From positions 30,051 through 94,050 of the forward strand of contig JAIOQZ010000026.1 in the NCBI GenBank assembly GCA_021108395.1: a stretch of 64,000 nt of DNA, written 5' to 3'. Below, in pieces: positions 1 to 7,689 of the stretch; position 1 is the first letter of the stretch, and every line of letters begins with the position of its first letter. The position numbers were made by a program, and so were the translations under genes. Below the pieces are notes generated by a model. It saw only the letters and a list, made by a program, of their open reading frames with translations, searched no databases and was not told where the DNA came from. Source of the DNA: Candidatus Cloacimonadota bacterium (lineage in GTDB: Bacteria; Cloacimonadota; Cloacimonadia; Cloacimonadales; JAIOQZ01).

Positions 1-144
1 GCCGGATACATGCTGCACAACCTCGCCTGGCCGCCGGCGCTCGCTACGATGCTGATAGTCCAGTTGCTGCTCTATGGTGTCGTGAACCTGCTTACGTCCG
101 GGCGTCTGTGGCACGAGATGCGGGCAGTCCTGGCTGTCAGGTAG
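1..144 (+). CDS. 3-prime end of a hydrophobic (membrane) protein gene that starts upstream of the window
   Basis: Frame 1 is open from base 1 to TAG at 142-144 (..ATMLIVQLLLYGVVNLLTSGRLWHEMRAVLAVR*). Composition matches neighbouring genes. No family recognised. Confidence 0.3.
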   Translation, partial: AGYMLHNLAWPPALATMLIVQLLLYGVVNLLTSGRLWHEMRAVLAVR

Positions 145-514
145 TCCAATCGAGGCTGTTCCTGCCGACAGGCGCGTTGTTCTGTTCAACTCCCAATTCC
201 CCCCGAGGCGCAAATCAGGCGCAATAACAGGCATACCCCGATAATTCGAGGGGTGTGTTTGTAGTTTTGTGTTTGCTTTTTCAAAAGCAAATCGATAGAA
301 AATTTGTTCAAACTGAGCGATACAGATGTGTTTCAACACATCAATTCCGAAGTTTGGACAAATTTGCATCGACTTTTGGATAAAACTACTGGGTCGCCTT
401 TTTTACAAAATTTCCGAGGTATGCCTGAATCGAGCGCAATAATACTTGACACAATACGCCAGTGTATATCTTTATTACTTATTGAGAGGAAATATACATG
501 ATAATAATCGAATT

Positions 515-602
515 GCCGAAGTGGCGGAATTGGTAGACGCAGTGGACTCAAAATCCACCGCCGATTTTCGGTGTGCCGGTTCGAGTCCGGCCTTCGGTAC
601 CA
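515..602 (+). tRNA. tRNA-Leu, anticodon CAA, class II (long variable arm), CCA encoded
   Basis: Acceptor GCCGAAG pairs with CTTCGGT. Anticodon stem GTGGA/TCCAC with loop CTCAAAA. Variable arm GCCGATTTTCGGT. T arm GCCGG-TTCGAGT-CCGGC. Ends ACCA. Sits in an AT-rich spacer. Confidence 0.9.
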
Positions 603-720
603 TTTTTTGGAGGGAACAAGCTAATTCTTTGCTACTCACCTGACATTCCCAGTCATTCTCCCGGTAATGTTCCCGTCAAGTTCGCGTTTCGCGTATAAGC
701 ACTAATAGCGGAGGTTTTTT

Positions 721-1422
721 ATGACTCGTTCGACACGACTACTGACATACAGCATTGTACTCGCTGCCATGGTGCTCCCCGCAGCACTGGGTGCCGTTTC
801 CAACACCAGCGTGATTTTCCTGCTCATCGAGCCTGGCTCACGGCCCGGCGGCATGGCCGAGGCTCATGTAGCCCAGGTGGATGACGCATTCGCCGGCTTC
901 TGGAATCCCGGCGCCATGGCATTCAACCGCAAGACACAGGTAGCATGGATGCACACCAATTGGCTCGGCGATGTCGAAGGCCTCGATGACATGTATTATG
1001 AATATCTGGGCTGGAACGAGTACTTCCAGGACATCGGCAACCTCGGCATGCACATCATCTTTTTTACCGCCGGCAAGATGCTTAAAACCGGCGAACAAGG
1101 CGAAGACCTCGGCTCTTTCTCGAGCTACGAACTCGCCGCCGCTGTCAGTTGGGCAGCTCAAGTCCGTGAGAACCTGGGTCTTGGAGTCACCTTCAAATAC
1201 ATCCTTTCCGACCTCGCTCCCAGTGGCACAGGTTCAACTGAAATCGAACAGAAAGGGCGCGGCATGAGCTGGGCGTTCGACTTCGGAGTAAAGAGCCGCG
1301 GCGTCGATTTCGGCCAGATTGCTGTCTCCCCCTACAACGGCTGCCTCGCCGTTTACAACGGCATCGCCTACCTCTCAGGGATGGAGCCAGCCTGCCGGTC
1401 AGTCGCCTCGATTTCGGCCTGA
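721..1422 (+). CDS. PorV/FadL-like outer-membrane beta-barrel protein, N-terminal fragment of a frameshifted gene
   Basis: Signal peptide MTRSTRLLTYSIVLAAMVLPAALG. The motif GSRPGGMAEAHVAQVDDAFAGFWNPGAMAF resembles the conserved N-terminal motif of PorV/PorQ/FadL-type barrels. The frame ends at TGA 1420-1422 while protein-like sequence continues in another frame. Confidence 0.6.
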   Translation: MTRSTRLLTYSIVLAAMVLPAALGAVSNTSVIFLLIEPGSRPGGMAEAHVAQVDDAFAGFWNPGAMAFNRKTQVAWMHTNWLGDVEGLDDMYYEYLGWNEYFQDIGNLGMHIIFFTAGKMLKTGEQGEDLGSFSSYELAAAVSWAAQVRENLGLGVTFKYILSDLAPSGTGSTEIEQKGRGMSWAFDFGVKSRGVDFGQIAVSPYNGCLAVYNGIAYLSGMEPACRSVASISA

Positions 1423-1475
1423 ACATACAGAACATCGGCCCCAACATCACCTACATCAATGAGTCGCAGGCCGAC

Positions 1476-1889
1476 ATGCTGCCGCTCAACTGGCGCATGG
1501 GCTTCTCATATCGCCTGCTGGGGCGGTTCGAGGAAGGCGTGAAGGACTACAGCCGCTTCACCATCAACGCCGACATGAACAAGGTTCTCTACAATGACGA
1601 TTCCGACCCGTTCACCCGCATCTTCACCTCATGGACGGATGACGACCTGGACTACGAGATTGATGAAACCGTCTTCAGCGTCGGTGGCGAGTATGTCTAT
1701 TACGACCTTATCGCCATGCGCGCCGGATATATCTACGATAAAATCGGACATATCAAAGGCCCCTCGTTCGGCGTGGGCATACACTACTCCTTCTCCGAAG
1801 TCGTCAGGCTGAACATCGATCTCGCCATGCAGCAGGCCGGTGAACTGACCGACTATAACAAGACCATCACTATCGGAGCTGAATTCTAA
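1476..1889 (+). CDS. PorV/FadL-like outer-membrane beta-barrel protein, C-terminal fragment of the same frameshifted gene
   Basis: The ORF track starts at ATG 1476, but this frame is open and protein-like from about 1383 (GASLPVSRLDFGLNIQNIGPNITYINESQADMLPLNWRMGFSY). It ends ..TITIGAEF with the C-terminal Phe typical of OM barrels. The stop lies 2 nt before the next gene. Confidence 0.6.
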   Translation: MLPLNWRMGFSYRLLGRFEEGVKDYSRFTINADMNKVLYNDDSDPFTRIFTSWTDDDLDYEIDETVFSVGGEYVYYDLIAMRAGYIYDKIGHIKGPSFGVGIHYSFSEVVRLNIDLAMQQAGELTDYNKTITIGAEF

Positions 1890-1891
1890 GA

Positions 1892-4800
1892 ATGTCACGC
1901 TTGATTCGCTTTGCGTGGCTGGCTGTTTTGCTTGCACTGGTCGGCATATTGTCTGCTGCGCCTTTGCAGGTGCTTGGCAAGCAACCGCCGCGCCAACCGC
2001 GCCGCATCCATCCCATCGAAGCGCTGATGTCTGGAGCGCGACAGGACGTGCCTGCCACCACATCCCGCGACATGACCGCCAACCGCCTGCTGGTGATGTT
2101 AGTCGAGTTTCAGCCGGACGACAATCCTGCCACCACAGGCACCGGCCGCTTTCTGCGACAGGAAGACGCCGCCGACTATCCCATCAGCCTGGGGGCACCC
2201 CCGCACGACAAGGCTTTCTTCGAGCTTCAGTGCGAGGCGATGCGCTATTACTGGCTGGCCGGCAGCATGGGCAACTTCGACCTCGAATATGAAGTCTGGC
2301 CGCAGCAGGGCTACTATGAACTGCCAAACGAAATGGCATATTACACCCCGCCGGGCGCAAGTTCGAGCCTCATGATCGAGCGATTCGAAGCCTACTTCAC
2401 CGACGTATTCACCGCTGCCGACGCCGACCCTGGCCTCACCTTCGGCGACTTCGACCACTACATGGTCATCCATGCCGGCAGCGACTGGCAACACGATGTG
2501 CTGGGCAACACCCCCTCGGACGTGCCCGCATTCTTCATCAGCGTGGGCGACGGCAAGGAAGTCGTGGTCGATGACGGCGCTACTGTTATCAGGCATCTGT
2601 CCAACGTGCCCGAGACCATCTCGCAGGATGAACGCTCGTTTGAAGAAGATGGCCGCACCTACTACGACGGCTACGGCGTTATCAACGCCGTGATGGCCCA
2701 CGAGTTCGGCCACTCCCTCGGCCTGCCAGACCTCTACAGCACCTCGAATTTCCGTCCTGCCGTTGGCTATTGGGACATCATGGACTCTGGTGGGCAGACA
2801 CTGCTCAGTCTGGGCTACGACCTTGACGATGACGGCTTTTTTGAAGTCGCCTACAACATCGAGGGGCCTGTGCCGGCTCTGCCCGGTGCATGGTCACGCC
2901 AATTGCTTTGGGGCGATGCGATGCGCGCCGACGGCCTGCTGCGCGACATCACCAGTCTCGATCTGTCACAGCCAGTGAGCATAGTGGCCGCAGGGGCGGT
3001 CAACAACGGACTGGCCGACAATCAGACTTACGTCGTCAAGATACCGCTGAGCGAGCGCGAATTCGTGCTGATCGAAAACCGGCAGACCGACCACGACGAC
3101 GACGGCCTCACCACCCTGGTGAGCGACAACATCGACAACCCCCGCGTGGTGCTCTATCCCACCGGCTGGAACAACGACATCGCCGACGAGTATGACTATG
3201 CTCTGCCCGGCTGGCCAGGCCCGAACGACCGCTACTATGGCGGCGGACTGATTGCCTGGCACATCAACGAAGCCGTGATTTATGATGAAGGCGGCACCGA
3301 CTCGAACGGCGATTTCGTCTCGAACTTCGACGCCAACACAATCAACACGAACTACTATCGTCGCGGCGTGTCCATAATCGAGGCCGACGGCCTGGCCGAT
3401 CTCGGCAACATCCACTCGATGTACTGGCAAGGCACCGTCTATGAGCCGTTCTTCCCGCTCATGCCCACCCTCGACACCGATGGTTTCTTTGCCGACTGGA
3501 GCGTCGAGCCGTTTGCCGGTGAACTCTCGGCAGACACCAATCCGCCGCTGCAAACCAGCGACGGCCTTCCCAGCCTGTTTGCTTTGTTCGACATCGACAG
3601 CGAGCACTTTCACCGGCCATTCCACGTTCCGCCCCGCGAGCTTACCTTTCGTTGCCGCCTCCAGATGTTTGACGGCAGCCTGGCGCTTCCGCTGCTGAAC
3701 GTGGCCGAAAACGCGCGCCTGGCGTGGAACTCCGAGCCGGCCTTTCTCGCCGCAAACGCGCTCAGCGAGCTTGCCGTGTTCGACGGCACGCAGATGACCA
3801 CCTTTTCCCATCTCACCGATGGCGTGAGCGAAAGCTGGGACAGCCCGATGGGGCCACAGGATATCGGTTTGCAGACACTCTTTCCCGTTAGCGTGGGCGA
3901 CTTCCGCTCCGACGCGCCCGGCGCTGAGTTCCTGCTGGGCAGCGGCTCCGACATGGGCATCGTGCGCAGCCCCAATATTGCCGCCACACATGCGTTCGGC
4001 AGCGCCTCCACCGGCGCACCCATGATTTACATCGACGAAAACGGTGTCACCGTAACCGTCTTCACCGCCGATGACAGTCTCTTCGTGAACACCGGCGGCG
4101 ACTGGGAGGCATGGGCCATCCCCGCCGCGCGCGTCTGCTCAGACCGCCGCTTTCTCTATGCTTTCTCGCAGGGGCGGCTGTGGCTGGCGCTGCCTGGCCA
4201 CCCACTGAACGAATTACCCTATACAGAACTGCCGTTCACCTCGACGCCATACGAGCCTGTTGCCTTCTTCGATGATGCCGACGAATCTCGCGGCGGCGTC
4301 TATCTGCAAAGCCCCGCAGGCGATATCTGGCGCGTGGGCTATGGCAGCGGCAAGGCCGAAGAAATCTTTCGCCTGTCACCATACACAAGTGCGGCGCCCA
4401 CACAGCTCGCTCTGGGCGACTTTGCCGGCAGCGGCGCAGTTAACCTCGTGTTTGGCGCGGCAGATCGCATCTTTGTTCTCAGCAGTCTGGGCCGCCTCGT
4501 GCCTGAATTTCCCGCCACAATCGAGGACAAAGTGCTGCAACCACAGGGCTTCCCGCGACTCGTGGAGATGAATGGCGCCACACTGGCGCTGATGCCGGGT
4601 AAGGACGGCGGCTGGCTGGCTTTCAATGAAACCGGCGATTACCTGCCTGCCTACTCGATGTTCTGGGCACAGGCGGCAGCCGACGACCCGCTCTTCTGGG
4701 AAGAAGAAACAGCGCGGCTCTACTTCGTCAGTCTGGTGCACGAAACAGACGGCGCCCGCCCGATGCTCTCCTGGCTCGACGGCCAGTCAAACAACCCCAT

Positions 4801-5140
4801 CGTGTGGGGCGGCTTCCGTCACGACGGCAGCGGCGGCCTGCACGGCAGAGCATCTGGAGATGCGCCAATTACGCCACCGCTCACGGCTGTAGCCTTTCCC
4901 AACCCCAGCGCCACCGGCGAGGTGCGCGTTCGCGTGGACGGCGCAGATGCCCCCATCGAACTGAAAATCTTTGACATCGCCGGCAACATTGTCTATCATG
5001 TCAAAGACATTGATCCGAGCCGGCCCATCCGCTGGAACACGTCCGGGGTTTCGTCCGGCGCTTACTTCGCCGTTGTTCGCACCAGAGATGTGTGGCAGGC
5101 TGAACGAATTCTGACTTTGCGAATTGGAATTGTGAAATGA
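1892..5140 (+). CDS. Secreted M6-family (immune inhibitor A-like) zinc metalloprotease with a C-terminal T9SS/FlgD-Ig-like sorting domain
   Basis: Signal peptide MSRLIRFAWLAVLLALVGILSAAP. Zinc site AVMAHEFGHSLGLPDLYS (HExxH followed by LGLPDxY, as in M6 peptidases). The last ~80 aa (AFPNPSATGEVRVRV..IELKIFDIAGNIVYHV..SGAYFAVV..LTLRIGIVK) match the T9SS type A C-terminal domain pattern. Confidence 0.8.
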   Translation: MSRLIRFAWLAVLLALVGILSAAPLQVLGKQPPRQPRRIHPIEALMSGARQDVPATTSRDMTANRLLVMLVEFQPDDNPATTGTGRFLRQEDAADYPISLGAPPHDKAFFELQCEAMRYYWLAGSMGNFDLEYEVWPQQGYYELPNEMAYYTPPGASSSLMIERFEAYFTDVFTAADADPGLTFGDFDHYMVIHAGSDWQHDVLGNTPSDVPAFFISVGDGKEVVVDDGATVIRHLSNVPETISQDERSFEEDGRTYYDGYGVINAVMAHEFGHSLGLPDLYSTSNFRPAVGYWDIMDSGGQTLLSLGYDLDDDGFFEVAYNIEGPVPALPGAWSRQLLWGDAMRADGLLRDITSLDLSQPVSIVAAGAVNNGLADNQTYVVKIPLSEREFVLIENRQTDHDDDGLTTLVSDNIDNPRVVLYPTGWNNDIADEYDYALPGWPGPNDRYYGGGLIAWHINEAVIYDEGGTDSNGDFVSNFDANTINTNYYRRGVSIIEADGLADLGNIHSMYWQGTVYEPFFPLMPTLDTDGFFADWSVEPFAGELSADTNPPLQTSDGLPSLFALFDIDSEHFHRPFHVPPRELTFRCRLQMFDGSLALPLLNVAENARLAWNSEPAFLAANALSELAVFDGTQMTTFSHLTDGVSESWDSPMGPQDIGLQTLFPVSVGDFRSDAPGAEFLLGSGSDMGIVRSPNIAATHAFGSASTGAPMIYIDENGVTVTVFTADDSLFVNTGGDWEAWAIPAARVCSDRRFLYAFSQGRLWLALPGHPLNELPYTELPFTSTPYEPVAFFDDADESRGGVYLQSPAGDIWRVGYGSGKAEEIFRLSPYTSAAPTQLALGDFAGSGAVNLVFGAADRIFVLSSLGRLVPEFPATIEDKVLQPQGFPRLVEMNGATLALMPGKDGGWLAFNETGDYLPAYSMFWAQAAADDPLFWEEETARLYFVSLVHETDGARPMLSWLDGQSNNPIVWGGFRHDGSGGLHGRASGDAPITPPLTAVAFPNPSATGEVRVRVDGADAPIELKIFDIAGNIVYHVKDIDPSRPIRWNTSGVSSGAYFAVVRTRDVWQAERILTLRIGIVK

Positions 5141-5157
5141 CATATTGGGAGGATAGT

Positions 5158-6051
5158 ATGCCCCGCAAATGGATGTTCTTTTTACTGCTCTTCGCGCTGA
5201 TGCTGCCGCTGGCGGCACAAGTGGCCGAAGAACCTGCCGACGAGGAATACCCCGAAGACTTCGTCCGCGTCAACTACGAGAAGAAATCGGTGGCCACGGC
5301 CGTTCTGCTGTCAACCTTGTTCCCCGGAGCCGGTCAGTTCTATGCCAACTACCGCTCGGTGACCACCTACATCTTTCCGGTCATCGAAATCGGCCTGTGG
5401 GTAGGCTTCATCACCTTCAACAACAAGGGCAGCGACATGGAAGACGAGTACATGGCCTTTGCCGATGGGAACTACAACCGCGTCAACCAGACCAACGTGC
5501 AGAACAAGATGATCGGCGTTATTCCGGCGCCTGCGCCCGGCGACAACAACCCAGACAACCGCGATGACATCTACGACACCAATCACTTCCGCCTCGACCC
5601 AACCAACACCCAGCACTTCTATGAGGACATCGGCAAGTATGACAAATACATCTTCGGGTGGACTGACTGGTACGAGAAATACGCTTATACGGGTATTGAC
5701 AGCATCGACTGGGTGTGGGATACTTCCGAAGACGATCCCGATCACAAGTGGGTAGGCAACTTCCCCACGCATCCCAACTTTGCAGACCAGGGCGATTATG
5801 ACACGACCAGCGCTCTACGCGGCGAGTATATAAGTATGCGACAGGACGCCGAAGACTTCTATGGAACCGCCGACCTGTTCACCTTCGGCATCGTGTTCAA
5901 CCACATCCTCTCGGCCATCGACGCCGTCCGCGTCACCCGCGCCTACAACATCGACTACATCAGCAAGCGTCCGCCAGTCGAGGTGGATGTGCAAACTTGC
6001 ATGAGAAGCGGCGGGCTCACCCCGATGCTCACGCTCACGCGGCACTTCTAA
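5158..6051 (+). CDS. Membrane protein, DUF5683-like, paralog 1 of 3
   Basis: GGAGG lies 6 nt upstream of ATG 5158 (the ORF track starts at 5137). Signal peptide MPRKWMFFLLLFALMLPLAAQ. Motifs LFPGAGQFYANY and NHILSAIDAVRVTRAYN are shared with the next two genes. C-terminal Phe. Confidence 0.65.
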   Translation: MPRKWMFFLLLFALMLPLAAQVAEEPADEEYPEDFVRVNYEKKSVATAVLLSTLFPGAGQFYANYRSVTTYIFPVIEIGLWVGFITFNNKGSDMEDEYMAFADGNYNRVNQTNVQNKMIGVIPAPAPGDNNPDNRDDIYDTNHFRLDPTNTQHFYEDIGKYDKYIFGWTDWYEKYAYTGIDSIDWVWDTSEDDPDHKWVGNFPTHPNFADQGDYDTTSALRGEYISMRQDAEDFYGTADLFTFGIVFNHILSAIDAVRVTRAYNIDYISKRPPVEVDVQTCMRSGGLTPMLTLTRHF

Positions 6052-6053
6052 GC

Positions 6054-6725
6054 ATGAAGAAACCGCTGCTGCTGTTGCTTGTGCTGTGTCTGGCTGTTCC
6101 AGTTATTGCACAGACGGTATCGGTACGTCGCGCGGTTTTGTTCTCGGCCATGCTCCCCGGAACCGGTGAGTTGTACTCCCACAGCTACAACAAAGGCGCC
6201 ATGTTCCTGGGCGCGGAGATGGCGATTCTTTTCACCTGGTGGCGGCTGCAGCAGGAGCGTCAGTGGAAGATTGACAGTTACCAGGCATTTGCCTCGCAAT
6301 ACGCCGGCGTACCCAAGGGCAGCGACGACAACGTATATCGTCGCCTGCAAAGCTACTATAGCAACGAAGACTACAACGCGGGCATCATTCGCGACGCCCG
6401 CAACTATTTCCTCATCTACAAAAATGACCCTGAGGCATATGAGGAATACGTCAGCGCCAACATCTATTCCGGCGACGATGCCTGGCAATGGCAGACACAC
6501 TCCAAGTGGTATGAATTTCAAACTCTGAGAAACGAGAAGCAGAACCTCGAAATATACGCGAAGTTCGCGCTGGGAGCTGCGCTCATCAACCGCATCGTCA
6601 GCATCATCGACGCCGCCAGAACAGCGCGTGGCTACAACGAGCAGGCCCTGCTGAACGGAACTATCTCCGTGCAGCCGGACTGGCATAAAATGGGGTTCTT
6701 CATCAACTATGAATACAGCTTCTAA
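6054..6725 (+). CDS. Membrane protein, DUF5683-like, paralog 2 of 3
   Basis: Internal ATG 6054 gives signal peptide MKKPLLLLLVLCLAVPVIAQ, 2 nt after the previous stop. Motifs MLPGTGELYSHSY and INRIVSIIDAARTARGYN. Ends ..NYEYSF. Confidence 0.65.
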   Translation: MKKPLLLLLVLCLAVPVIAQTVSVRRAVLFSAMLPGTGELYSHSYNKGAMFLGAEMAILFTWWRLQQERQWKIDSYQAFASQYAGVPKGSDDNVYRRLQSYYSNEDYNAGIIRDARNYFLIYKNDPEAYEEYVSANIYSGDDAWQWQTHSKWYEFQTLRNEKQNLEIYAKFALGAALINRIVSIIDAARTARGYNEQALLNGTISVQPDWHKMGFFINYEYSF

Positions 6726-7368
6726 GACCCTGCTGCTGCTGATTCTGCTGGCTCTCGCCACCACCTGTGGCGCCGCCAACACCCGCCTTGTCCTGTTGCG
6801 CTCGCTCGTTATCCCCGGCTGGGGCGAACTGAGCATGGGAGACCCTTCCGGCTACGTATTCCTCACCACCGAAGTGATGCTGTGGGCAGGCCGCTATTAT
6901 TTCACCAACGAATCCGATATTACGGAAAGCGCCGCGCACGACTTTGCGGTGCAATGGTCTGGTATCCGGCCAGGCAACTACGACGAGGACTACTGGCTCG
7001 ACCTTGTTCGCTATGACAGCTCTGGCTATGACGCCGGCGGCTACAACGAATCTGTGCTGCGCGACGCGCTGTCACGATACCCGGACGACCCTGAAGCTCA
7101 ACAGGCCTACATCGACGAACACGCCTACAGTGACATGTATGCCTGGGACTGGGTTGACCGCGAACATCGTGCTCGTTTCAGTAGTATGCGCAGTGATGCC
7201 AGCCAGTATTCCGACTACGCGAAGACTGTCACGGGCATCATCGTAGCCAACCACCTGTTGAGTGTGCTTAATACCCTTCGCTCCGCCAGATCGCGTCAAC
7301 GACTGGAAGTGGGAGTGCAGATGCAAACAGACGGCACACCCTGCCTGGCAGGAACACTGCACTTTTAA
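6709..7368 (+). CDS. Membrane protein, DUF5683-like, paralog 3 of 3
   Basis: Signal peptide MNTASKTLLLLILLALATTCGA. Motifs VIPGWGELSMGD and ANHLLSVLNTLRSARSRQ. Ends ..AGTLHF. Overlaps the previous gene by 17 nt. Confidence 0.65.
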   Translation: MNTASKTLLLLILLALATTCGAANTRLVLLRSLVIPGWGELSMGDPSGYVFLTTEVMLWAGRYYFTNESDITESAAHDFAVQWSGIRPGNYDEDYWLDLVRYDSSGYDAGGYNESVLRDALSRYPDDPEAQQAYIDEHAYSDMYAWDWVDREHRARFSSMRSDASQYSDYAKTVTGIIVANHLLSVLNTLRSARSRQRLEVGVQMQTDGTPCLAGTLHF

Positions 7369-7689
7369 GATGGGGCAGCGCCCCAACCCCTTTAGAAAGC
7401 TCACTACGCTATAGAAGGCTCACTCCGCTTCGCTACGTGACATAGCTACATGACAAGCTCGCTTTTGGGGAGAAACGGTGTAAACACCGTTTGCTCCTGG
7501 GACGAACAATCGGCTTTGAAGCCGATTTTCGCAAGCGAGGCCAAACAACTTCTAACGGATACTGCGTATCCTTATGCACAATATATACACAATTATTCTT
7601 ATGACACAAGGATGCGTTAGCATCCGCTAAGAATTTTTGATCAAACTTTTTGCAAAAAGTTTGCAGGGTTCAGGGGTGGAACCCCTGTC
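7369..7689. repeat. Mosaic palindromic-unit intergenic repeat, copy A
   Basis: String of hairpin units: 7372-7384 GGGGC-AGC-GCCCC, 7473-7492 AAACGGTGT-AA-ACACCGTTT, 7508-7527 AATCGGCTT-TG-AAGCCGATT, 7557-7571 GGATAC-TGC-GTATCC, 7610-7625 GGATGC-GTTA-GCATCC, 7643-7662 AAACTTTTTGCAAAAAGTTT and 7671-7687 CAGGGG-TGGAA-CCCCTG. Also carries the block AAGGCTCACTCCGCTTCGCTACGTGAC at 7415-7441. About 90% identical to 16537-16825. Confidence 0.9.

Noticed and set aside
304-643. ORFs 304-501(+), 333-551(-) and 446-643(+) around the tRNA.
   Set aside because: They lie in an AT-rich non-coding spacer and overlap the tRNA-Leu gene. They have no RBS and no recognisable protein features.
7369-7689. CRISPR array as an explanation for the clustered short palindromes.
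   Set aside because: The units within a region differ from one another, their spacing is irregular, there is no repeat-spacer periodicity, and no cas genes are present in the window.
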